NCBI GenBank assembly: GCA_017307785.1
Contig: JAFKGI010000012.1
Location: 64,001 to 128,000 of the forward strand
Length of the DNA stretch: 64,000 nt
Origin: Vulcanimicrobiota bacterium
GTDB lineage: Bacteria; Vulcanimicrobiota; Xenobia; Xenobiales; JADMJV01
Direction: 5' to 3'
In this document: piece after piece, positions 45,020-54,213 of the stretch
Numbering within the stretch: the stretch's first letter is position 1
How the letters are laid out: each line of letters opens with the position of its first letter
Translations under genes and position numbers: made by a program
The notes under the pieces: generated by a model
What the model was told of the DNA's origin: nothing
Database searches by the model: none
The model's input: only the letters and a program-made list of their open reading frames with translations

Positions 45020-46672
45020 TCAGGATAAAGCGATTTCGGCGCGATGATACAACTCTAAAAGCTCCAGAGTGGGCTCCACGCCAAAGTCGCTCTGTAGAGC
45101 CGCTTTAACTTCTCGAAAGCGCTTGACCACCTGCTCGGGCCGGCCCAGTCGCAACCAGGAGCGAAACAAGACGGCCACCAACTCCTGGCGTTCCCAGCCT
45201 TCCTCCCCGACCAGCTCGGCGGCCCGCGCGCTCTCTTCGAAGTCTCCGCGGGCAAAGGCTAGATTGGTCAGACGACAGGCCAGTTGCAAATAATCCTCGT
45301 GGAGCTGGTCGCGTCGTCGCAGAGCCCAGTCTTCGAAGCCGCCTTCGAGGTAGGGCCCACGATAAAGAGCCAGAGCGCGCTTCAGGTCGCTCTCTTCCAA
45401 GGCGTCGGTAGGAACGGAACGGAACTCGGCCACATCCGACCAGAGCGGAAATTGCCGCGGCATCACGACGAAACCGGCTTGTCGCTCCAGCGGGTCCTGA
45501 CTGCAGCCATCGGGCCGCAAGATCGTGCGCAGGGTGCTCAGAGCCCCGCGCAGACTTTTGCGAGCCGAGTCGCCGCCCTGAGGCCAGAACTCGTCCATCA
45601 AGACTTCCTCGCTGCAGCGCAGGTCGCGCGAGCCCAGCAAGTAGGCGAGCAGCATTCGTACCTTCTGTGACTTGAACCGGCCCGCGGCAACCTGCTCGCT
45701 GCCAACCCAAACCTCGAAGGGCCCGAAACTGTGCACGCGCACTTTCGGCTGCTCCACGCTAAGGCTCGTTCCCGAACTGGCCGAAAGTTTCTCCTGGAGC
45801 AAATGCTGCACCTGATCGGCTGCCAGATCGGTGGCGGGAGGTTCCAAAATGCAGGCCCTTCCACCGGTTTGGGATAGCAGATTGGAGGCAAGGGCCGCGG
45901 CTCGTTCCGCATTGGCTTCCGCCAGCACCATCAAAAACTGATTCTCGGAGAGACGGCCCAGGGCCTGATAGGGAGCCAGCTGACGTCGCAGTTCCTCGGC
46001 CTTGGCCCGAGCCTCTTCCAAGTCGCCGACTTCGGTTTCCAGCAACAAGACCATGAGCGGTCGGCCATGTTCGGCGCTGCGCAGGCTCTCGCGACGCAGA
46101 ATATCCAGAATCGCGGGAGAGGACCAGCTGCGTGTGGGCAGGTCGACCAGCGAACGTCGGCTCTCGGAGTCGGCCGATTCCCACACCGCCTGCTCACTAC
46201 TGCTCCAGGTCGAGGCCCGCAGCTCGGTTTCCGCGCAGGCGGCCAGGTCTTGCAGGGCGGCCATGTCGGTTTCGCTGAACTCGCGAGGTTTCTGGTCCAA
46301 AATGCAGAGCGTGCCAACCAGCTTGCCTTCAGGCGCCCGCAGCGGCACGCCGGCATAGAAACGCACGTGCGGGTCGCCACAGACGATGGGATAGTCGCAG
46401 AAACGTTCATCCTGATCGAGATTGGAGAGAACCAGCGAGCGACCGGCCCGCAATGCGTGCACGCAAAAAGAGATTTCCACGGGCGATTCGATCAAAGTCG
46501 TCCCCTGAGCCGATTTGAACCATTGCCGGTCGGGTGTAATCAAGGTGAGCAAAGAAACCGGTACCGAAAAACACCGTCGAGCCAACCGGGTCAGACGGTC
46601 AAACCGCTCTTCCGCGGGACTGTCCAAAATGGCTTCACAGGTGGGACCCAAAAGGCTGCCGAGCTCATCCAT
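45020..46672 (-). CDS. GAF-domain transcriptional regulator with C-terminal OmpR-type winged helix and BTAD (SARP/AfsR-like)
   Basis: N-terminal GAF-like region (ISFCVHALRAGRSLVLSNL...FYAGVPLRAPEGKLVGTLCILD). C-terminal winged helix (VRVHSFGPFEVWVGSEQVA...KVRMLLAYLL) followed by a BTAD-like helical region (ALALYRGPYLEG...WALRRRDQLHEDYL). Confidence 0.6.
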   Translation of the reverse strand: MDELGSLLGPTCEAILDSPAEERFDRLTRLARRCFSVPVSLLTLITPDRQWFKSAQGTTLIESPVEISFCVHALRAGRSLVLSNLDQDERFCDYPIVCGDPHVRFYAGVPLRAPEGKLVGTLCILDQKPREFSETDMAALQDLAACAETELRASTWSSSEQAVWESADSESRRSLVDLPTRSWSSPAILDILRRESLRSAEHGRPLMVLLLETEVGDLEEARAKAEELRRQLAPYQALGRLSENQFLMVLAEANAERAAALASNLLSQTGGRACILEPPATDLAADQVQHLLQEKLSASSGTSLSVEQPKVRVHSFGPFEVWVGSEQVAAGRFKSQKVRMLLAYLLGSRDLRCSEEVLMDEFWPQGGDSARKSLRGALSTLRTILRPDGCSQDPLERQAGFVVMPRQFPLWSDVAEFRSVPTDALEESDLKRALALYRGPYLEGGFEDWALRRRDQLHEDYLQLACRLTNLAFARGDFEESARAAELVGEEGWERQELVAVLFRSWLRLGRPEQVVKRFREVKAALQSDFGVEPTLELLELYHRAEIALS

Positions 46673-46704
46673 GCGGGGCCTCTTCTCGCCTGCTCAAATC
46701 AGAC

Positions 46705-47916
46705 CTACGTGGGACTCTGACCGGTGGTCAGTCGGTAAGCGGCGCGGGCCGTACTTTTGAGACCTTCCAGCTGGCCCTCCACCGCTTCGGCCGGCAGGTT
46801 GCCAAGAGCCTGACTCAGCATCTCGAACTGACGGGCGTTGGTGTGAAAACGCTGAGCCATGGCCGGATTCCAGTTGGCCAGCAGGCGCTCACGGTCCGGT
46901 AGCTCTACACTTCCCAGGCCCATTTGGTCAGCCAGCTGACGATCAAACTGCGTATCGTTGCCCACCCCAGCCAGAAAGGTGGGAGTGAACTTAAGGGTTC
47001 CGGCCAACCCGCTGTTCAATTCTTTGGCCAGGCCTTGCACCGAGTCGACCGCCATGTCGAAGCTATTGGCATAAAATCCGGCCTGATCCGCGAAGCGCAG
47101 AGCCAGCCCATCGCGCAGAACCTCGACTTGCTTCTCCTGGGGCAATTGTTGCAGTAGCTCCTGATAGACCTGAACGGAGCTCTGGCCATCATAGCGGGTT
47201 CCCATAGCCGCTTTCGGCTTGTCATCGAAGGGAAAGTCGGTGCGGGCCACCAGCGCTTTGGCTTCCACAAATTGCTCCGAACTCCAACCAAAGCGCTGAC
47301 TCAGTTCCGTTTTCTGCTGCTCCATCCACTCCAGCGTCACCTGAGCCCGAGCCGGAGTGCCGGTCTTGACCTCACCGCTGTCGACCTGAGTGCGGTCGTC
47401 CGCATCGTGGAGCAAGGCCACCTGCTGAATAAACTGCTTGCGCTCCGGCGTCCAGCCCAGGCCGGGAGCGAACTTTCCGGCGGCATCGGCCACGACCAGC
47501 GGGTGCTCGAAGTTATGGTAGCTGCCTGAATTGAGCGCCTGGAATTCGGTGGTGCTGAAGTAGCGGGCAGCCAGTTCGGCCACTCCCGAACAGGCGCTTC
47601 CCTGCCAGGTTGCCTCGGTGCCGCGAGCCAACTGCTCCGCCTTGGGATTGACCAGCGAGGCTGCCGGCTCCCAGCGAAGAGCTTTGGGAGTGAGTTCGGG
47701 AGCCGGCGCGCTCAGGGCCAGACCATCCGGCGGCGGCGCTTCAACCAGAGCTGCCTTTGCCAGAGGGGCCGCCTTGGAGGGGGCGGCAACCGGGGCAAAG
47801 CGGGGCAGGTTCTGAATGATGGCCATGAGTTCGGGCTCCTTCGTCGGGTTCGTGTGACTGAAGTTTGCCGGAAGAGCGCCGCGAGATCGCAAACTGCGGG
47901 CCCGTGATGTTAACAA
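46705..47916 (-). CDS. hypothetical protein (possible HD-like metal-dependent hydrolase motifs)
   Basis: 403 aa; H...HD spacing (NFEHPLVV...ALLHDADD) is suggestive only. Confidence 0.35.
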   Translation of the reverse strand: MLTSRARSLRSRGALPANFSHTNPTKEPELMAIIQNLPRFAPVAAPSKAAPLAKAALVEAPPPDGLALSAPAPELTPKALRWEPAASLVNPKAEQLARGTEATWQGSACSGVAELAARYFSTTEFQALNSGSYHNFEHPLVVADAAGKFAPGLGWTPERKQFIQQVALLHDADDRTQVDSGEVKTGTPARAQVTLEWMEQQKTELSQRFGWSSEQFVEAKALVARTDFPFDDKPKAAMGTRYDGQSSVQVYQELLQQLPQEKQVEVLRDGLALRFADQAGFYANSFDMAVDSVQGLAKELNSGLAGTLKFTPTFLAGVGNDTQFDRQLADQMGLGSVELPDRERLLANWNPAMAQRFHTNARQFEMLSQALGNLPAEAVEGQLEGLKSTARAAYRLTTGQSPT

Positions 47917-48018
47917 TTTGCGACAGTACTCCGATACTACCCCGGAGTGACCGTCCGGTCTGGGCCAGCGGTCAGAGAGCGGAGAGAATAAGGAAAAAGG
48001 GGCCCGGAGGAATAGGGA

Positions 48019-48330
48019 ATGGTGAAGCGCTGGAAGGAAGAAATCGTACTGGGATTAGTTTTGCTCGGTTGCTCCGCCTTTGGCGGCTTTTTTGGAGCCA
48101 AGTTGGCCCAAATGGACACGCCGAAACCCACCGCGACTTTCGAAAGTTCGCAAACCTTTGGAGCTCTGCCCCCACCGCCAGATTCTCGACCGATGAGCAG
48201 CCTGCAAGGCGCCCCCGTGATCGTGATTGTAGTCGACGAATCCAATCGCGCTACCAGTCAGCCCCAAGGCGCGTTTTATGCATCTCCCAAGCGGTTGAAT
48301 CCGATTCAGAACCCCGTGAATTTCATTTAA
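48019..48330 (+). CDS. small membrane-anchored hypothetical protein
   Basis: ATG at 48019; N-terminal hydrophobic segment (IVLGLVLLGCSAFGGFFGA); 103 aa. Confidence 0.35.
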   Translation: MVKRWKEEIVLGLVLLGCSAFGGFFGAKLAQMDTPKPTATFESSQTFGALPPPPDSRPMSSLQGAPVIVIVVDESNRATSQPQGAFYASPKRLNPIQNPVNFI

Positions 48331-48496
48331 GAATAGCGGCTTTTCCACTTATTCACAATTTATACCCAGGCCCGAATGGCCCAAATGTCTCGCACCTGTG
48401 TTCGACCTCGTGGTGCATAAGCACCAACCCTCAAGTATTATTAATAGACTAGACACTGCGTCCTGAGACCTGTATCATATTGTTCTTATACTTTTC

Positions 48497-48724
48497 ATGG
48501 GTCTACATTTTAAAGGGGGAAATTTGGAACCACTCAACGGCGGACCGGCACTCGGTCCCAGCAAAATTCCGGCCCGGAAACGCAAGCCCAGTCCCGAATT
48601 TCTCACGGCCCTGAATCTTTTGGCCGATAGTTACGTGGTTTCGACGCCCGCCAAAGGCACTATGGAGCCCCCGAGAAGCGTAGCTTCCGTCATGTCGGAA
48701 GCCACTCCCTCCTCCCAACGCTGA
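48497..48724 (+). CDS. small hypothetical protein downstream of an AT-rich island
   Basis: ATG at 48497, immediately after a ~160-bp AT-rich stretch; 75 aa, Lys/Arg/Pro-rich. Could be real or a regulatory leader. Confidence 0.3.
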   Translation: MGLHFKGGNLEPLNGGPALGPSKIPARKRKPSPEFLTALNLLADSYVVSTPAKGTMEPPRSVASVMSEATPSSQR

Positions 48725-48731
48725 AACAGAA

Positions 48732-50882
48732 TTACGGGTAGTCCCGGGTCAGTCTGGTGCCTTTTCTACGAATGACGATTTGGCAGGAGCTGGACGGCTC
48801 GAGCGTCACCTGATCATCCTGCCAATGGAGCACTTGATCCCCGCGGCGAGCCGTGCCTTTCCTTTCCTCGGGAAAGATCCACCAGATTCTTTGCTGCACC
48901 GGATGCTGGGTGGATAGGCGTGGGGAATCCAGGGGAATGGCCCGCCCGCCACGCAAGAAGGTGGGCATCTTCCCGAGCGGCGCTTGCCAGATCTCAAAGG
49001 TCGGCCCTTCCACCACTCGCTCAGACCAGAAATCATACCAACTCCCGGCCGGAAAATAGACCTGCCGATGGGTATGTCCTGGGCGCGTGATGGGAGCGAT
49101 CAAAATGGCGTCGCCCAACATGGCCTGGTCTTCGTGCAGTGCGCTTTCGGGATCTTCCGGAAACTCATAAAACAACGGCCGAAGAATCGGGCTGCCCTGC
49201 TCGTGAGACTGACGCGCCAGCTCTTCCAGGTAGGGCAACAGCTGGTAGCGCCGCTGGATATGCTCTCGCACCCGCTGCTCCACCTCCGGGCCGAAGGCCC
49301 AGGGCTCCTGCGCCCGCGTTCCCAATGCTGAATGATTGCGCATAAAGGGGTAAAAGACGGCCTGCTCCATCCAGCGTTCAAAGAGCTCCGCGTGGGTACT
49401 GCCAAAAAATCCGCCGATATCCACACCCACCAGCGGTGCTCCACTCAGCCCCATGCTGGTCAATTGGGGCAAAGTAAGGGCCAGGTGCTCCCACCAGGAA
49501 TGGTTATCCCCCATCCAGGAAATGGCCCATTTTTGTGTGCCCACGAAGGCTGAGCGAGTCAACACCCACGGAGTCTCTTGGGGTCGTGATTTCAGCAATC
49601 CTTGATGGGTCGCCTGGGCCATTTGATGGCCATATAAATTATGCACCTCCGCGTGGACGGTCACATCATCCCCAGCCCCGCTGGGAAGTCCCAGAGGAAT
49701 GGGCAATTGCGAGGAAAATCCCTCGGAGAACGGGCTGGCGAATGTGGCCGGCTCGTTCATATCGATCCACACCCCCGCGATCCCGCGATCTTGCAAGAAG
49801 CTCTGCTGCTCCCCCCACCATTCTCGGGCGCTCTCCTTCGAGTAGTCCGTAAAGAGGGCGGCGTCGGGCCAGCAATAGGCGCTAAACGGCGAGCCGTCCC
49901 GATTGCGCAAAAAGTGCCCGCCGGAACTCCCCTGACGTGCCACTTCATAACCGCTGTGCAAATCGAAGCGGATGCCGGGATCGATAATGGTCACCAAACG
50001 CACGCCTTGAGCTCCCACCTCTTCGGCCAGGCCTTTGGGGTCGGGAAAACGTTCCGGATGGAAGCTATAGCTGCGGAAGTCGTCCATATAGTCGATATCC
50101 AGGTGAACGACATCGAGGGGGATCTGACGACGTCGAAACTGAGAGACCAGTTCCGCGATTTCCGTTTGTTCCCGGTAGCCCCAACGCGACTGATGAAAGC
50201 CCAGGGACCAGAGCGGCACCTGCATGGGAAAGCCGGTCAACTCGGCCAGGCGCCGATTCAGTTCGGCCGGAGTTTGCGCCACCAGCGCAAAGAGTTCGGC
50301 CTCACCACCCAGAGTACAAATGACGATTTCGTCTTCGTGCTCCAGGCCCAGGTCGAAGCGCGAGAACCAGGTGGAATTTAAGAACAGTCCCAAAGCCATT
50401 CCAGGACGATGCAACATCAGGTAAGGATGAGCCTGATACATCGAGGCGATCCCGCGGTGGTGCCCACTGTTGGGCGGGTCCACGGTCCAGTTACAGAAAC
50501 TGCCGGGGTCTCGACGCATGGGTCCCATACGCTGGCCCAGGCCGTAGTATGCCGCCGCTTTGTCCCGGCGTAGCCGCAAGCGGATTTCGTGCGAGGCGGG
50601 CCCAGGGGGCAACTGGTCGCCGGGTCGGGCCAGCAATTGACCGTGATAATCGGACAGCTGGGCCTCACGACCATCTACAGGGGCCACCAATTCCAGCAGA
50701 GGCCCCCACTCGGGGTGACTTAGAACATTTCCGTCCCATCGGAAGTCCGAGGAAACCTGCTGGGTGAGTTCCACCACATTCCAGCTGCGAGGCGCGCGGA
50801 ACTCCCCCAGCGCGTAGTGCAGACGGTAGATGTGGGAATGAACGGCGTGATGGCGGTGATGCGGGGCGTTGGTCCAAGTCAT
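48732..50882 (-). CDS. glycoside hydrolase family 31 alpha-glucosidase-like
   Basis: GH31 catalytic blocks (GVWIDMNEPATF nucleophile region; GVDIGGFFG) and overall length of 716 aa. Confidence 0.85.
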   Translation of the reverse strand: MTWTNAPHHRHHAVHSHIYRLHYALGEFRAPRSWNVVELTQQVSSDFRWDGNVLSHPEWGPLLELVAPVDGREAQLSDYHGQLLARPGDQLPPGPASHEIRLRLRRDKAAAYYGLGQRMGPMRRDPGSFCNWTVDPPNSGHHRGIASMYQAHPYLMLHRPGMALGLFLNSTWFSRFDLGLEHEDEIVICTLGGEAELFALVAQTPAELNRRLAELTGFPMQVPLWSLGFHQSRWGYREQTEIAELVSQFRRRQIPLDVVHLDIDYMDDFRSYSFHPERFPDPKGLAEEVGAQGVRLVTIIDPGIRFDLHSGYEVARQGSSGGHFLRNRDGSPFSAYCWPDAALFTDYSKESAREWWGEQQSFLQDRGIAGVWIDMNEPATFASPFSEGFSSQLPIPLGLPSGAGDDVTVHAEVHNLYGHQMAQATHQGLLKSRPQETPWVLTRSAFVGTQKWAISWMGDNHSWWEHLALTLPQLTSMGLSGAPLVGVDIGGFFGSTHAELFERWMEQAVFYPFMRNHSALGTRAQEPWAFGPEVEQRVREHIQRRYQLLPYLEELARQSHEQGSPILRPLFYEFPEDPESALHEDQAMLGDAILIAPITRPGHTHRQVYFPAGSWYDFWSERVVEGPTFEIWQAPLGKMPTFLRGGRAIPLDSPRLSTQHPVQQRIWWIFPEERKGTARRGDQVLHWQDDQVTLEPSSSCQIVIRRKGTRLTRDYP

Positions 50883-50907
50883 GGCGGCGAGTTCGCCCCC
50901 TTGCGCG

Positions 50908-52871
50908 CTAGCTTCCTGTTACCACCAGCTTGTCCAGATAAAATCCGTCCTGGCACACGTCCTCATCGGTTTTCATACGGAAACGCAAGCGCAGGTCGCC
51001 GCCGCAGTAAGGAGTGAGATCGTAGCTCCGCTCTTCCCAACCGGTCAGACCTTCGTAGGCGTCCAGTTTGTCCCATTTTTCGCCGTCCCGAGTGACTTCC
51101 AGGGTCACCGAGTCAAAGACTTTCTCCAGATCGTAGCGGCATTCAAAGTCCACCTTTGCTGCCTGGAAGTCTTTCAAAGAAAAGACCCGAGAAGTGATGG
51201 AACCCTTGGCGCCCAGAGCGTACTCCCCGTTGGGACTATCCGTCCACACGGCGCCACGCCCGGGCACTTGCTGCAGACCCCAACCGCCGACTGCCGTCCA
51301 CTGGTCGACTCCCGCGTCCGCGTCTCCCGAGAAGGCAACGTTCGCGGCAGGTACCGAGACCTGGACCTGACCGATGGGGCCGCGCTGGCCGACATTGTCC
51401 ACGGCGCGGGCCGCTACGTACAAAGTGTGATCCTGACCCCGTGGTTGAACCTTGAGGGTGAGCTCCTGCAGTTCTCCCGCTTCGGCAGGCGCCGGGCTGG
51501 TCACCGGCCTGGCCGCCGCAAACTCCTCTTCGCTGGTTATAGGCCGACTTGAATAGCGCAATTCATAAGCGCTGGCCCGACCCAGGTCCCCATCGTCGCC
51601 GGTTGCCCGCCAAAACAGCGGAACCGTGAAGGGAGTCACCCCTTCAGCCCGGAGATCGCGCAATTCTCCGGGAGCAACCGTATCATGCTCCACCGCTTTG
51701 GCGGCATTCAGATGACCGCCGGAAAAAATCTTACCATGCAGTTCCGGACTGCGGTCCACCGCGAAGAAAAGTCGGTCTTTCAGCTCCTGATTGCTGATTT
51801 CTGGAAACTCGGTGACGACCAGCGCAGCCACACCGGTGACCCCGGGAGCCGCCATGGAGGTGCCACTTTTGAAGCCATACTGATTGCCGGGAAGGGTGGA
51901 GTAGATCTTGTCACCGGGCGCGGCCACATGCACGCTGTCCAATCCAAAATTGGAAAAACTGGCCAGTTTGCCTTCGGCGTTGGTCGCCGCTACCGACACC
52001 AAATTGGGAAGGTTATAGCCAGCCGGTAGACGGCCCGCACGTCATTGTTGAAACTATCGTTGCCGGCCGCACAGATGTGCAGAGCCGGGGAAGCTTCCAG
52101 GGCATCAAAAAGAGCTTGACTGTAATTGATCCCGCCCCACGAGTTGGAGGTGATGCGCGCCCCCATCTTGGTGGCATACAAAATTCCCTCAATGGCATCG
52201 GCGGTGTCACCATAGCCCTGGGCCAAAAACTTGACGGGCATCAAATTGGCTTCCCAATTGACGCCGACCACGCCCTGGCCGTTGTTGCCCACTGCTCCGA
52301 TGGTGCCATGCACGTGAGTGCCGTGGCTCCCGTCGTCCATCGGGTCGCCGCTCCTGGCGGCCGCGTTGAAACCGTGTACATCATCGATGACGCCGTTGCC
52401 GTCATCGTCGATACCGTTGCCGGGAATCTCTCCCGGGTTGGTCCAGATGTTGGCGGCCAGATCGGGATGGTTGTAGTCCGCCCCCGAATCCATGATAGCC
52501 ACCAGCGGTCCTCTGGCCTTGCTCCCGTGAGTCACATCCCAGGCGGCTGGAGCATTGAGTTTCTCCATGCCGTAGAGCTTCGGGTCTAAATCATCAGGCT
52601 GAGCGAATTCTTGCAGCAGATAGTTGGGCTCGGCGTACATGACGCGAGGGTCCTTCTTGAGTTCGGCCAGAGCCTGATCCGTCTGGTCAACTTTCAAGCG
52701 CAGAATGGCACCGTCCGAGCGCGCTCCCGGTAAGTCATAGCGACGCAGCAACCGGGCGCCGTGGTCCTGGCAAAATTCACCCAGTTGTACGCGGTCGGAC
52801 TGAACGCGCACCAATACTTCGCCCTCGCGCCGCTGGGAAGCCGGCGCCGGCAAAGAAGACGTGATCTTCAT
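50908..52871 (-). pseudogene. subtilisin-like S8 serine peptidase with N-terminal propeptide and C-terminal beta-sandwich domain, split by a frameshift
   Basis: The upstream ORF (51990..52871) carries the catalytic Asp (IMDSGAD) and His (HGTHVHG) and ends ...ICAAGNDSFNND. The downstream ORF (50908..52002) carries the catalytic Ser (GTSMAAPGV). Translating the adjacent frame recovers ...PAGYNLPNLVSVAATN, so a single-base indel lies near 52024-52044 in a GC-rich run (cggcccgcacg). Confidence 0.7.
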
Positions 52872-52957
52872 CCGGCTATTTTAGAAGCCCACCCTGAAAA
52901 ATATTTACAACCTGGCACTTAAGCCTCAGGCCGGCTGTCTGCTAAGCTGCAGCCGTC

Positions 52958-53641
52958 ATGATCAATGTCAGCTCTTGCTTCTGGTTCAAGCCACAGTCTC
53001 CGCGCGGTGCCCGCCCGGAGATCCCCTCCCGCGACCTCCCCGTCGAAGACCGTTTTGCCTACTACCAGGGCATCCTGGAATCCAACCACGGCGTCTTTGA
53101 ACCCGGCACTCCGGCGCTCTTAGGACTGCGCGGTTTGGATCCCAACAATCAGCGCCACGACTCCGCGCAAAACATTGGTCCCTACAATGACACCCTGGTC
53201 CTGCTGCACCGTCAGGCCGACGGCACCCCACTGCTCAAGGAGTTTTTGGGTTCGACCCACGCCGGCCAGAAGAGTTCCAATCTCTCCCCGAATGGAGTCG
53301 CTCAGTTGCGACCCGGCAACTATCAGACCATCGATCACGGGAACCACAACGACATGCCTTCCTGGCATTTCGTGACCATGGGAGGCGAGGACACCGTGCC
53401 CGCCTGGCGCGACGTCAACAAGGACGGCTACATTTCCAGCAAAGAAAAAGAGAAGGCCGAACGCGAGGGCTGCACGGCCACAGCGATCTTGCTGCACAAC
53501 GGAGTCAACGACGATCACGGGCGCTCCATCGGCTGTCAGACTTTGCCCCCTCGATCCATGCAAGAGTTCATCGACACCATTGGAGAGCACACGCCCTTCA
53601 AATACACTCTGGTCGACGCCAACCAACCGACTCCCCGATGA
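52958..53641 (+). CDS. hypothetical protein with possible L,D-transpeptidase-like catalytic motif
   Basis: ATG at 52958. The C-terminal HNGVNDDHGRSIGCQTL resembles the His...Ser-x-Gly-Cys signature of YkuD/Tlde1-like (DUF2778) folds. Weak, motif-level only. Confidence 0.35.
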   Translation: MINVSSCFWFKPQSPRGARPEIPSRDLPVEDRFAYYQGILESNHGVFEPGTPALLGLRGLDPNNQRHDSAQNIGPYNDTLVLLHRQADGTPLLKEFLGSTHAGQKSSNLSPNGVAQLRPGNYQTIDHGNHNDMPSWHFVTMGGEDTVPAWRDVNKDGYISSKEKEKAEREGCTATAILLHNGVNDDHGRSIGCQTLPPRSMQEFIDTIGEHTPFKYTLVDANQPTPR

Positions 53642-54213
53642 AAGATTTGTGGATCCGAACCGACCGATTGGTCCTGCGCCCCTGGGAAGAAAGCGATGCC
53701 CATCGACTGGTGCTTATGACCCAGGACCAGCAGTTCCAGGCACGCTGGGGCGACTTCCGCGAGCCCATGGACGCGGACCGAGCTCTGGACTGGGTACGCA
53801 AAGTCCGCAAGTCTGTGGAATCCGAAGGCTTAGGCTCCTGGGCAATCGTGGAAAATGCACAGGTAGTCGGCTGCGCCTCGCTGGTCTCTCGTTGGCCTGA
53901 TTTGGAAGACCATCCGATGATGGCGCTGGAATATCGTCTCCTGCACTCCGCCCAGGGCCGCGGCCTGGGAACCGAGGCCCTGCTGGGGCTGATGGAATTT
54001 GGGCAAAATCAATGCGGCATTGAGGAATTCCACGCCTTTGTGACGCCGGAGAACACCCAGGCCAAGAATGTGGCTTTCAAGGTCGGCATGCAGTACTGGC
54101 GGATGGGCCGAATCGAGGGCGTGGTGGTGGAGATCTACCGGACTCACGCTCACCCCGGACAGCCGGCCACGCGCCGCAATCAGCAGCACCGGGACCAGGA
54201 AGAAGTCGCCTAG
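53638..54213 (+). CDS. GNAT family N-acetyltransferase (RimJ/RimL-like)
   Basis: ATGA overlap with the upstream gene. RLVLRPWEESDA N-terminal pattern typical of Acetyltransf_3 and a Q/R-x-x-G-x-G/A block (AQGRGLGTEAL). Confidence 0.8.
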   Translation: MKDLWIRTDRLVLRPWEESDAHRLVLMTQDQQFQARWGDFREPMDADRALDWVRKVRKSVESEGLGSWAIVENAQVVGCASLVSRWPDLEDHPMMALEYRLLHSAQGRGLGTEALLGLMEFGQNQCGIEEFHAFVTPENTQAKNVAFKVGMQYWRMGRIEGVVVEIYRTHAHPGQPATRRNQQHRDQEEVA

